From Candidatus Limnocylindrales bacterium (lineage in GTDB: Bacteria > Chloroflexota > Limnocylindria > Limnocylindrales > CSP1-4), in the NCBI GenBank assembly GCA_036391495.1, contig DASVZT010000001.1, positions 1-40,908 of the forward strand: DNA of 40,908 nt, read 5' to 3'. Position numbers and translations under genes: made by a program. The notes beneath the pieces are model-generated. The model was not told where the DNA came from and did no database searches. It was given only the letters and a program-made list of their open reading frames with translations. Below are positions 8,350 to 16,584 of the stretch, one piece after another (position 1 is the first letter of the stretch; every line of letters starts with the position of its first letter).

Positions 8350-8379
8350 AGAATACCACGGGCCCGTCGAGCCGGACAA
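8350..8379 (-). promoter_or_regulatory. candidate sigma70-type promoter for the Phe-Gly-Gln-Cys-Leu tRNA array
   Basis: On the minus strand: TTGTCC (8374-8379), an 18-nt spacer, then TATTCT (8350-8355), about 40 nt upstream of the tRNA-Phe 5' end. This is a by-eye match only. Confidence 0.35.
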
Positions 8380-8432
8380 CCGATGGACCCCTCTCGCCGG
8401 TCCGCGGTTCAGCGCAGACCGCGCCACTCGCG

Positions 8433-9419
8433 CTATTCGAGGCCCTCCATCGGGGCAGCCTCGGAACCGGAGAGCGGCCGCTCCCCGGAGAGTTGCCGCA
8501 GCCGGTTGATCCGGTCGACGATCGGCGGATGCGTCGAGAAGAGCACCGACGTCCCACCGAGCTTCTTGATCGGGTTCGCGAAGTACAGGTGCTGCGTCGC
8601 CCGGTTGGCGACCTCCAGCGGTTCCTGGTCCTCGGCGATGACCTCGAGCGCACGCTCGAGGCCGTACGGGTTGCGCGTCAACTCGACCGACGAGGCATCC
8701 GCCAGGTACTCCCGCTGCCGGCTGACCGCCAGCTGGACGAGGCGCGCGGCGATCGGCGCCAGGATCGCGAGGATGATCGCGACCACGAAGACGAGCGCCT
8801 GCAATCCCCCGCCGCCACCGCCCTCCCGATCGTCCGATCGGCGCCCCCCACCCATTCCGCCCCAGAACGTCATCCGCAGGAAGAAGTCGGCCAACAGGGC
8901 GATGCTCCCGACGAGTACGCCGACCAGCAGGGAGAAGCGGATGTCGTAGTTGCGGACGTGCGAGAGCTCGTGACCGAGGACACCCGCCAACTCTTCGCGG
9001 TCCAGCTTGGCGAGGAGGCCGGACGTCACGGCGACGGAGGCGTGCCGGGGGTCCCGGCCGGTCGCGAACGCGTTCGGGGCACTGTCGTCGATGATGTAGA
9101 CGCGGGGCATCGGCACGCCAGCCGCGATCGAGAGCTCCTTGACGACGTCGAAGAGGACCGGTGCGTCGGCCTGGCCGATCTCCTTCGCCCCCGAGACGCC
9201 GAGGACGACCTGGTCGCCGGCGTAGTACGAGCCGAGCGCGGCGAGCGCGCCGACGATGAGGGCGATGACCGTGACGGTGACGGCGCCGCCGGAGCTGCCC
9301 GACCACGCGTAGCCGATCGCGGACCCGAGGACCCCGAGCAGGACGACGACGACTATGCCGAGCAGGAACGAGTTGCGCCGGTTCGCGGCGATCTGGCTGT
9401 AGAACGAGGCGCTGGCCAT
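8433..9419 (-). CDS. htpX: HtpX-like M48 zinc metalloprotease (membrane)
   Basis: N-terminal TM helices, the HELSHVRNYD zinc motif, and C-terminal STHPPIVDRINRL. It is paired with an upstream LemA gene. Confidence 0.92.
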   Translation of the reverse strand: MASASFYSQIAANRRNSFLLGIVVVVLLGVLGSAIGYAWSGSSGGAVTVTVIALIVGALAALGSYYAGDQVVLGVSGAKEIGQADAPVLFDVVKELSIAAGVPMPRVYIIDDSAPNAFATGRDPRHASVAVTSGLLAKLDREELAGVLGHELSHVRNYDIRFSLLVGVLVGSIALLADFFLRMTFWGGMGGGRRSDDREGGGGGGLQALVFVVAIILAILAPIAARLVQLAVSRQREYLADASSVELTRNPYGLERALEVIAEDQEPLEVANRATQHLYFANPIKKLGGTSVLFSTHPPIVDRINRLRQLSGERPLSGSEAAPMEGLE

Positions 9420-9462
9420 CAGGCCTCCATGCGGCCGGGCGCGCCGCGGACGGCGACGTCCG

Positions 9463-10026
9463 TCAACGCAGCTGGACGACCGGGACCGCCTCGGCCTCGG
9501 GTTCGGCGTCGAAGAACTCCCGCCGGACGAAACCGAACATCCCGGCCAGGAGGTTGCTGGGGAACGTCGCGATCGACGTGTTGTACTCCATGACCGTCGC
9601 GTTGTAGTGCTGGCGGGCGAAGCTGATCTGGTTCTCTGTCGTCGTCAGCTGTTCCTGGAGCGACAGGACGTTCTCGTTCGCCTTGAGTTGGGGGTAGTTC
9701 TCGACGACGGCGAACAGTGAGCGCAGCGCACCGGTCAGCGCATTCTCCGCGACAGCCTGCTGGCCGGGACCCTGCGCGCCCGCCGCCACCGCGTTCGCGC
9801 GCGCCTCCGTGACCCGGGTGAGGACGTCCTGCTCGAAGTCCATGTAGCCCTTCACGGCGTTGACCAGGTTCGGCACGAGGTCGTGGCGTCGCTTGAGCTG
9901 GACGTCGATCTGGGAGAAGGCCTCGTCGACACGCAGACGGCGCTGGATGAGGCCGTTGTAGGTCGCGATGACGAACACCACGATCAGCGCGATGACGACC
10001 AGGACGATGATGAGGATGGGATCCAT
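9463..10026 (-). CDS. lemA: LemA family protein
   Basis: A single N-terminal TM helix followed by YNGLIQRRLRVDEAFSQIDVQLKRRHDLVPNLVNAVKGYMDFEQDVLTRVTEARA and ENYPQLKANENV, which are LemA hallmarks. Confidence 0.92.
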   Translation of the reverse strand: MDPILIIVLVVIALIVVFVIATYNGLIQRRLRVDEAFSQIDVQLKRRHDLVPNLVNAVKGYMDFEQDVLTRVTEARANAVAAGAQGPGQQAVAENALTGALRSLFAVVENYPQLKANENVLSLQEQLTTTENQISFARQHYNATVMEYNTSIATFPSNLLAGMFGFVRREFFDAEPEAEAVPVVQLR

Positions 10027-10169
10027 CGTCTCCCCTTGTGCGGCGTCGCCATGCGTACGGCGCTACGCCAAGCGGACCGATTCTAGATGACCGGCGCCGG
10101 CAGCTGTCGAGGGTCGCTCGACCCGGGCCGAGGCGACCGCCCAGAAGTGGGCGATGACGGTCCGGTGAG

Positions 10170-10243
10170 TGGGCGGTGAGGGACTCGAACCCCCGACTTC
10201 CTCGGTGTAAGCGAGGCGCTCTGACCAGCTGAGCTAACCGCCC
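10170..10243 (-). tRNA. tRNA-Val (anticodon TAC), no CCA encoded
   Basis: Reverse complement GGGCGGTTAGCTCAGCTGGTCAGAGCGCCTCGCTTACACCGAGGAAGTCGGGGGTTCGAGTCCCTCACCGCCCA. Confidence 0.9.
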
Positions 10244-10353
10244 GCGGAGGCCCGTGCGCCCGGGACCATCGACGGGCGCGACGCGTCGGATGCGAGTGTC
10301 GCAGATACGAGAAGCGGGCGGCTCGTCGGCCGCCCGCGCAGAGATCAGGAGAG

Positions 10354-10438
10354 TGGTGCCCAGGCCGGGACTTGAACCCGGATGAGTTGCCTCATACGCC
10401 CCTCAAACGTACGCGTATACCAATTCCGCCACCTGGGC
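10354..10438 (-). tRNA. tRNA-Leu (anticodon GAG), CCA encoded
   Basis: Reverse complement GCCCAGGTGGCGGAATTGGTATACGCGTACGTTTGAGGGGCGTATGAGGCAACTCATCCGGGTTCAAGTCCCGGCCTGGGCACCA, with a long variable arm. Confidence 0.88.
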
Positions 10439-10466
10439 TCCGTGCCGCCGAGTCCCGTCCGAGGGC

Positions 10467-10553
10467 TGGTACCGAGGAAGGGATTTGAACCCATACGCCC
10501 TTGCGGGCACTAGCTCCTGAAGCTAGCGCGTCTGCCAGTTCCGCCACCTCGGC
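10467..10553 (-). tRNA. tRNA-Leu (anticodon CAG), CCA encoded
   Basis: Reverse complement GCCGAGGTGGCGGAACTGGCAGACGCGCTAGCTTCAGGAGCTAGTGCCCGCAAGGGCGTATGGGTTCAAATCCCTTCCTCGGTACCA, with a long variable arm. Confidence 0.9.
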
Positions 10554-10581
10554 GCGGGCATGTCGAACGGTCAGCTTGCGC

Positions 10582-12270
10582 TCACCGCCCGTCGGCGAGG
10601 CGCCATGTTAGCACATCCCAATAGCGATCCCCGGGGTCGGCGACCTCCCTGACGGTGGGTCCGGTGAGGGCCGCGGAGGCGACGACGGACAGGTCCGCGT
10701 AGTACAGCGGCATGATGATCCCGCTGGTCGAGAGGAACCCCTGGAGCTTCGCGTAGGCCTTCCGCCGGTCCGTGATCGAGCCCGGCTTGCGAGCGTCGCG
10801 CAGGAGTCCGTCGAGCACCAGGCTCTGGACGCCCGCCACGTTGGACCCGCTCGTCCGCGCCTGGGTCGAGCCGAGGAAGGGGTAGAGATCGGGGTCGAGC
10901 CCGAGGTTGACGCTGACGACGGCGATCATGTATGTCCCGGTCTGCAGCTGCTTGGCGAGGCCGTCGCGGCTCACCCCCGTCAGGACGACGTTGAAGCCGA
11001 TCGACCGCCAGGCGGCCGCGACGGCCTGTGCTGTCGCAAACGCCAGGGCGTTCGTGGCGGCGTCGGGCGCGATGAGCTGGAGCACGAGGGGCTTGGAATG
11101 GCCCTGTGCGACCCAGCTGCCGCCGCCCCGCGTCCAGCCCGCGGACCGGAGTGCCTTGGTGGCCGCCGTGCGGTCGAACGCGATCGTCGGCGTCTCAGAT
11201 GCGCTGAATGCCCACGACGACGGGGGCACGAGGCCGTCGGCACGCGTGGCCTGTCCGAGCATCACGTCGCGCACGATGGCGTCGCGGTCGATCGCGATCG
11301 AGAGCGCCCGCCGGACGGCGAGGGACTTGAAGGCGCTCTGGCCCCGCTCGTTCGGGACGACGGCAGTCAGCGTCGCCGACGGGTAGCGCAGGACCTGCGT
11401 CCCGTCGCTCGCCGCGAGGGAAGCCACGGCGGCGGGCGGCAGGCCGGCGACCGCGTCGAGAGCACCCCCTGTGAAGGCCGTGACGAGGGCATCCTGGTCC
11501 GGGAAGAACTCGAGCTCGATGCGGTCCAGGTTGCCGGCGGATCCGGCGGTCGACGTCCCGGCTGTCTGCTCCCCGGCAGGGGCGACGCGTTCGAGGACCG
11601 CCCGCGAGCGGTCGATGCTCGCGACACGGTATCGACCGGAGCCGACCGGGGTTGCCGCGAACGGGCTCATCGCGATCTGCGAGGGCGACATGCCCGCCAG
11701 GAGATGCGCCGGCAGGAGCGGCAAGGTCATGGCCTGCAGGAACCCCCCGAGTGGCGTCGCGAGATCGAAGCGCACGGTCGACGAATCGAGCGCCGTGACC
11801 GTCACTGCCCGCCACGAGATGCCCATCGGCCCGGTGTATCCCGGATCCTGGAGTGTGCGGAAGGTGAAGGCGACGTCCTCGGCGGTGACCGGAGAGCCGT
11901 CCTGCCAGGTCGCACCGGGTCGCAGTGAGAACGTGTACGAGCGCCCCTTCGGATCGACCGTCCACGACTGCGCGAGATCGGGCACCGGATCGCCGCCGGG
12001 ACCCAGGCGAACCAGCCCGGCGAAGACGAGCGCGACGAGCTGGCGGTCGGCCGCCGTCTCTGCGCTGATCGGCGTGATCGACGTCCAGCTCCCCAGGACG
12101 CCCTCGCGGTAGACCGTGGCCGGGGGGGAGCCACCGCCCGTCCCGCTCGCCGCCGATGGGGCGACGCTCGCCGCCGGACCGCCGCCGGCGTCCGGGAGCG
12201 CGACGAGAACGGCGACGAGACCGAGGATGAGGACGAGGGCGAGGACCGTGCCGCGGTCGCGGCGCGTCAT
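10582..12270 (-). CDS. ABC transporter substrate-binding protein, family 5 (peptide/nickel type), membrane-anchored
   Basis: 562 aa with an N-terminal TM/signal anchor (VLALVLILGLVAVLVAL). The body shows the family-5 SBP pattern (LVRLGPGGDPVPDLAQSWTVDPKGRSYTFSLRPGATWQDGSPVTAEDVAFTF...). No permease or ATPase genes are adjacent. Confidence 0.8.
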   Translation of the reverse strand: MTRRDRGTVLALVLILGLVAVLVALPDAGGGPAASVAPSAASGTGGGSPPATVYREGVLGSWTSITPISAETAADRQLVALVFAGLVRLGPGGDPVPDLAQSWTVDPKGRSYTFSLRPGATWQDGSPVTAEDVAFTFRTLQDPGYTGPMGISWRAVTVTALDSSTVRFDLATPLGGFLQAMTLPLLPAHLLAGMSPSQIAMSPFAATPVGSGRYRVASIDRSRAVLERVAPAGEQTAGTSTAGSAGNLDRIELEFFPDQDALVTAFTGGALDAVAGLPPAAVASLAASDGTQVLRYPSATLTAVVPNERGQSAFKSLAVRRALSIAIDRDAIVRDVMLGQATRADGLVPPSSWAFSASETPTIAFDRTAATKALRSAGWTRGGGSWVAQGHSKPLVLQLIAPDAATNALAFATAQAVAAAWRSIGFNVVLTGVSRDGLAKQLQTGTYMIAVVSVNLGLDPDLYPFLGSTQARTSGSNVAGVQSLVLDGLLRDARKPGSITDRRKAYAKLQGFLSTSGIIMPLYYADLSVVASAALTGPTVREVADPGDRYWDVLTWRLADGR

Positions 12271-12498
12271 TCAGGCCTTCGGCGCGAAGACGAAGCTGGC
12301 CAGCGAGAAGAGCACGAACAGGACCGTCAGCAGGATCGTGAACTGCCAGAGGCGCCGCTCGACGCCCCGGCGGCTGCGATAGACGGCGGAATCGCCGCCG
12401 AAGGTGCCTGACAGTCCGGTGCCGCGGGCCTGGAGCAGGATCGACGCCATCAGCGCGATGCTGATGATGATCTGGCCGGCGGCGAGCATGGGATTCAC
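12271..12498 (-). CDS. secG: preprotein translocase subunit SecG
   Basis: IISIALMASILLQARGTGLSGTFGG...RGVERRLWQFTILLTVLFVLFSL is the SecG pattern. GTG 12498 lies 11 nt after AAGGAGG. ATG 12489 is the alternative start. Confidence 0.85.
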   Translation of the reverse strand: MNPMLAAGQIIISIALMASILLQARGTGLSGTFGGDSAVYRSRRGVERRLWQFTILLTVLFVLFSLASFVFAPKA

Positions 12499-12595
12499 GT
12501 TGGGGTCGACCTCCTTGGAAGCCGAGGGATGGTACCACACGGCACCCGGCGTCCGGCCCTCCCGGGCGTTCCCCCGGCCTCTTCGGGTGCCCGGT

Positions 12596-13348
12596 TCAGC
12601 CCGGCCTGGCCCTGCCCTGCGCGGCGACGGCGGCCATCTTGGCTTCGACTGCGGCCGCGTCGCCCAGGTATCGGTGACGGAGCGGACGCAGGTCGTCGTC
12701 GAGCTCGTAGACGAGCGGCACCCCCGTCGGGATGTTCAGCCCGACGATCTCCTCGTCGGAGACGTCGTCCAGGTACTTCACCAGGGCGCGGATGCTGTTG
12801 CCGTGGGCAGCGATGAGGACGCGCCGACCGGAGCGGAGCGTCGGAGCGATCGTCTCGTGCCAGTACGGCAGGAACCGGGCGACCGTGTCCTTGAGCGCCT
12901 CCGAGCGCGGCAGCTCCCCGGGTGCCAGGTTGCCGTAGCGCTCGTCGAAACCGGGGAAGCGCGGGTCACTCGGGTCGAGCGGCGGTGGCGGGACCTCGTA
13001 GCTTCGCCGCCAGATCTTGACCTGCTCCTCGCCGTACTCGGACGCCGTCTCCGCCTTGTCGAGGCCCTGGAGGGCGCCGTAATGCCGCTCGTTCAGGCGC
13101 CACGAGTTCACGACGGGGATCCACATCCGGTCGAGCTCCTCGAGCGCGATCCAGAGCGTCCGGATGGCGCGCTTGAGGACCGACGTGTAGGCGATGTCGA
13201 AGACGAAGCCCTCGTCTCGCAGCAGCGCCCCGGCCTGGTGCGCCTCGGCCACTCCCTTCTCGCTGAGGTCGACGTCCGTCCAGCCGGTGAAGCGGTTCTC
13301 CTGGTTCCAGGTGCTCTCGCCGTGGCGGAGCAGCACGAGCCTGACCAT
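12596..13348 (-). CDS. gpmA: 2,3-bisphosphoglycerate-dependent phosphoglycerate mutase
   Basis: [29 protein letters not shown]...ERHYGALQG...[18 protein letters not shown] lies upstream. Confidence 0.95.
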   Translation of the reverse strand: MVRLVLLRHGESTWNQENRFTGWTDVDLSEKGVAEAHQAGALLRDEGFVFDIAYTSVLKRAIRTLWIALEELDRMWIPVVNSWRLNERHYGALQGLDKAETASEYGEEQVKIWRRSYEVPPPPLDPSDPRFPGFDERYGNLAPGELPRSEALKDTVARFLPYWHETIAPTLRSGRRVLIAAHGNSIRALVKYLDDVSDEEIVGLNIPTGVPLVYELDDDLRPLRHRYLGDAAAVEAKMAAVAAQGRARPG

Positions 13349-13361
13349 GTGCCTGCCTCCG

Positions 13362-14153
13362 TCAGCGGGCGACGGCGAGTCGCGCGTGCGCCGTCAGCGC
13401 GGCGCGCCCGACGATGCCCGCCATCTCGTCCGGCTTGAGCGACGCCCCACCGACGAGTGCGCCGTCGATCGCCGGCTCGCCGAGGAACTCGGCGACGTTC
13501 GCGCTCGTGACGCTGCCGCCGTACAGCACCGGGATCGAGTCGGCCGCCTCGGGGTCCCAGGCGAGCCGGACGAGGGTCGCCCTGATCGCGTCGGCCATCT
13601 CGGACGCGTCGCTGCCACGAGCGGTCCGCCCGGTACCGATGGCCCAGACGGGCTCGTAGGCGATGACGAGACCGCCACGGGCGGCGGCAGCCGGGTCGAT
13701 GCCGCGGAGGGCTTCGCCGAGCTGAGCGGACACGACGTCGACCGCCCGGCCCGCGTCCCGCTCGGGGAGCTGCTCGCCGACGCACAGGATCGGGCGCAGG
13801 CCGGACGCAAGCGCCCGCGCCACCTTGCGGCCGATCAGCTGGTCGGTCTCGCCGGCGTCGCGGCGCCGCTCGGAATGGCCGACGATGACCCACGTCGCGA
13901 GGCCGTCGAGCATGGGCGCCGAGATCTCCCCCGTGTAGGCTCCCGCGAGCTCGTCGTGGACGTTCTGCGCGCCCACCGCGATCCCCTCCCCCATCACTGC
14001 CTCCCGGACGGCGGCCAGGCAGACGAACGGCGGGCAGACGACCCGCACGACGTCGGCCTCGCGTGTCCGCGAGGCGATCGTCCGGGCGAGGTCGCCGGCG
14101 TCCGCGGGGGTCGTGTTCATCTTCCAGTTGGCGGCGACGATGACGGGTCTCAT
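13362..14153 (-). CDS. tpiA: triosephosphate isomerase
   Basis: This is the 3' 263 codons of ORF 13362..15032: [13 protein letters not shown]...VIVGHSERR...CVGE...[12 protein letters not shown]...YGGSV. The ATG at 14151-14153 overlaps the whiA stop (ATGA). Confidence 0.95.
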   Translation of the reverse strand: MRPVIVAANWKMNTTPADAGDLARTIASRTREADVVRVVCPPFVCLAAVREAVMGEGIAVGAQNVHDELAGAYTGEISAPMLDGLATWVIVGHSERRRDAGETDQLIGRKVARALASGLRPILCVGEQLPERDAGRAVDVVSAQLGEALRGIDPAAAARGGLVIAYEPVWAIGTGRTARGSDASEMADAIRATLVRLAWDPEAADSIPVLYGGSVTSANVAEFLGEPAIDGALVGGASLKPDEMAGIVGRAALTAHARLAVAR

Positions 14154-15103
14154 GCGCGAATCATGCCAGAGCGACCTCCCCGCGAGCCTGCCGGAGCGCC
14201 CCTGGCGAACGCGCCACGTGGACGGCCGCGACGGGCCGGGCGGCGCTCCCCGTCGGGTCCGCTGTCCCGTCGGCCGACGACGTCGTCGTGCAGCGCGAGC
14301 CGCTCGAGCCGCTCGAGGGCGCGCTGCACAGTCGAGCGATGGAGCACCAGGCGCTCGGCGAGATCGGTGAGCGTCGCCTCGGGCGTTTCGCGGCGGCCCT
14401 CGGCCACGACGCGGACGACGTACGGCTGCTCGGCAAGCCTGCCGTCGGCCTCGAGGAGGTCGATCGCGGCGAGCTGGCGCGACGCGGCGGCGACGGCGCG
14501 CTGGAGGTTCGCGGCTTCCGCGTTGATGACACGGTTGAGCTCGCCGCGGAGCGCGCGGGCGACCTGTCGCGCCTCGAGCTCGAGGAGCGCGGCGCCGGCG
14601 CCGGACAGGCGCAGGAAGTGCACGACGGCATCGGCGCTCTTCCATGTCACGACGCCGCGGCCGCGCCGGATCCGCCACGAGGCGGGCAGCCCGATGTCGC
14701 CGAGACGCTCGGCGAGCATGGGCGCCTCCTGCGGCTCGACGACGAACTCGAGATGCGAGCGGGCGTTCGCCAGGCTGAGCGAGCCACTGGCAAGGAAGCG
14801 ACCGCGCAACCAGGCGATCCGGCAATGGTCTGCCGCTCTCTCCCAGTCCCACGTGTCGGGCTCGGTCCCGGCACCGGCCCGGGACAGGCGGACATGCTTG
14901 GTCCGCCGCGGAGCGGCGAGCAGGCGCTCGTCCTCGAGCGTCGCGCCGAGGCGGACGGCGAGGCGGGCGACGGCCGGATCGCGTGCGGCGAGGGAGAGGC
15001 CAAGACCGGCGCTTTCGGCGGCCCGATCGCATGCCCGCGAGGGGTCGATCGCGGCGAGCTCCGAGCGGATCGCGTGGACCAGGTCGCGGTCGGCGTCGCT
15101 CAT
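14150..15103 (-). CDS. whiA: DNA-binding protein WhiA
   Basis: 317 aa with the WhiA pattern (VRSELA...WLRGRFLASGSLS...SHLEF...) and a C-terminal HTH (TLTDLAERLVLHRSTVQRALERL). It sits in the conserved position after rapZ-yvcK. Confidence 0.9.
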   Translation of the reverse strand: MSDADRDLVHAIRSELAAIDPSRACDRAAESAGLGLSLAARDPAVARLAVRLGATLEDERLLAAPRRTKHVRLSRAGAGTEPDTWDWERAADHCRIAWLRGRFLASGSLSLANARSHLEFVVEPQEAPMLAERLGDIGLPASWRIRRGRGVVTWKSADAVVHFLRLSGAGAALLELEARQVARALRGELNRVINAEAANLQRAVAAASRQLAAIDLLEADGRLAEQPYVVRVVAEGRRETPEATLTDLAERLVLHRSTVQRALERLERLALHDDVVGRRDSGPDGERRPARRGRPRGAFARGAPAGSRGGRSGMIRA

Positions 15104-15133
15104 CCGCGCTTCGCGAACGGGCTTACGTCGACC

Positions 15134-15189
15134 GGGCTCACGCCGAGCGGCTGCGGGCTCACGCCGAGCGGCTGCGGGCTCACGCCGAC
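15134..15189. repeat. 21-bp tandem repeat gggctcacgccgagcggctgc x2 plus a 14-bp partial third copy
   Basis: Read directly: copies at 15134-15154 and 15155-15175, partial at 15176-15189. It fills the yvcK-whiA intergenic gap, and the third copy contains the yvcK stop codon. Confidence 0.85.
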
Positions 15190-16508
15190 CGGGCGACGCC
15201 CGACGAACCCGGGTGCCGCCCCTCCTGCTCGTACAGCCGCATCAGCGACGCGGCAAGCAGGCCCGGGTCGTGATGATGCGCATGGTCGGGATCGACGACA
15301 TCGTCGAGGACGAGCCGCGGAACGCCGGGTCCGAGCCCGTCCGCCGGTGGCCAGCGGAGCGCGACCGGGCGACCGCCCCAGCTCTCCGGCACGGTCGCCT
15401 CGAGACGGTTGTTGGCCAGGACGATGTCGACGATGCCGAGCTGCGTGTGGGAAAGGAGCGCATCGATGTGATCGGCCAGGTCGAGGCCGGCCGTCTCGCC
15501 TCGCTGGGTCGCGACGTTGCAGACGTACACCCGCAACGCCGCCGAGGCGAGGACCGCGCCCCGGATCTCGGGCATGAGCAGGCTCGGCAGGATGCTGGTG
15601 TAGAGGCTGCCGGGCCCGAGGACGATGAGGTCGGCCTCGCCGATCGCGCGCAGGGCATCGTCCGACGCCCGGACCTCCGTCGGGGTCGTCCAGACCCGTT
15701 CGATCCCCTCGGTCCGCGTGATGAGCGACTGCCCGTCGACGATCCGCCCGTCGCGGCACCGAGCATGGAGCGTCACCGGCGTCGGCGAGACGGGCAGGAC
15801 CTGGCCGCGCACCGCGAGGACGCGGTTCATCTGTCGGACGCCCTCCTCGAAGTCGCCGCCCTCGACCGCGGTGAGCGCCGCGATGAGAAGATTGCCGACC
15901 GCATGCCCGGCAAGGCTCTCCGGCACCTCCTCACCCGCGAAGCGGTACTGGAGGAGACGGCCCATGAGCGGCTCGGCGTCGGCGAGCGCGACGATGCAGT
16001 TGCGGATGTCGCCGACAGCAGGGACGCCCAGCTGCTCGCGCAGCTTGCCCGAGGAGCCACCGTCGTCGGCGACGGTGACGACGGCGGTCAGGTTGCTCGT
16101 GTGCTCCTTGAGGCCCCGGAGGAGCGTCGAGAGCCCGGTCCCACCGCCGATCGCCACGACTCGCGGCCCGCGCGCGAGGAAGCGCTTCTGGTAGATGACC
16201 TCCACGAAGGGGGTGTCGACGTCGGGGCGGCGGAAGGGGTCGGTGAGGACCCGGAGAAGCCGGTACGAGCCGAAGAGGAACAGCGCCAGCCCGACGGCGG
16301 CGAGGACCAGGCCGCGGACGCCGTACGGCAGGAACTGGAGCGTGAGCAGGGAGAGGACCGCCTGGAGCGGTCCGTCGACCGTGACGTCACGGTAGAACTG
16401 GCGCAGGAGGAACGCGAGGGCGAGCGCGAGCCCGAGCTCGGCGACGAACACGACGCCCAGCCAGCGCTTGACGCCCATCCCCGGACGAAGCCACCGCCGC
16501 AGGTTCAT
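15180..16508 (-). CDS. yvcK: YvcK/CuvA-family (CofD-like, UPF0052) protein with N-terminal membrane extension
   Basis: Core motif RVVAIGGGTGLSTLLRGLKEHTSNLTAVVTVADDGGSSGKLR...GDIRNC. About 100 extra N-terminal residues contain hydrophobic helices. Confidence 0.9.
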   Translation of the reverse strand: MNLRRWLRPGMGVKRWLGVVFVAELGLALALAFLLRQFYRDVTVDGPLQAVLSLLTLQFLPYGVRGLVLAAVGLALFLFGSYRLLRVLTDPFRRPDVDTPFVEVIYQKRFLARGPRVVAIGGGTGLSTLLRGLKEHTSNLTAVVTVADDGGSSGKLREQLGVPAVGDIRNCIVALADAEPLMGRLLQYRFAGEEVPESLAGHAVGNLLIAALTAVEGGDFEEGVRQMNRVLAVRGQVLPVSPTPVTLHARCRDGRIVDGQSLITRTEGIERVWTTPTEVRASDDALRAIGEADLIVLGPGSLYTSILPSLLMPEIRGAVLASAALRVYVCNVATQRGETAGLDLADHIDALLSHTQLGIVDIVLANNRLEATVPESWGGRPVALRWPPADGLGPGVPRLVLDDVVDPDHAHHHDPGLLAASLMRLYEQEGRHPGSSGVARSA

Positions 16509-16584
16509 CGATCGTCGCGTCGCCTGGAGCCTTCTCTCGGATCGCGGCGGCCCGACGCGGGTCGCCCGGACCTGGACGGCACGA

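Noticed and set aside
6489-8432. Integrated mobile element or genomic island at the tRNA array
   Set aside because: There is no integrase, transposase or recombinase, and I could find no direct repeat of a tRNA 3' end. Only a toxin-antitoxin pair and one small ORF are present. The composition dip is modest and was judged by eye.
8275-9593. ORFs 8275..9306 (minus) and 8283..9593 (plus) overlapping htpX
   Set aside because: HtpX, with its HELSH zinc motif and TM helices, occupies the locus in another frame. These ORFs translate to Arg/Pro/Asp-rich low-complexity sequence.
15134-15189. CRISPR-like array (also considered for the repeats at 3999-4043, 29745-29772, 33244-33284 and 33994-34053)
   Set aside because: All of these are contiguous tandem repeats of 14-21 bp with 2-4 copies and no unique spacers. 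No cas genes are present in the window.
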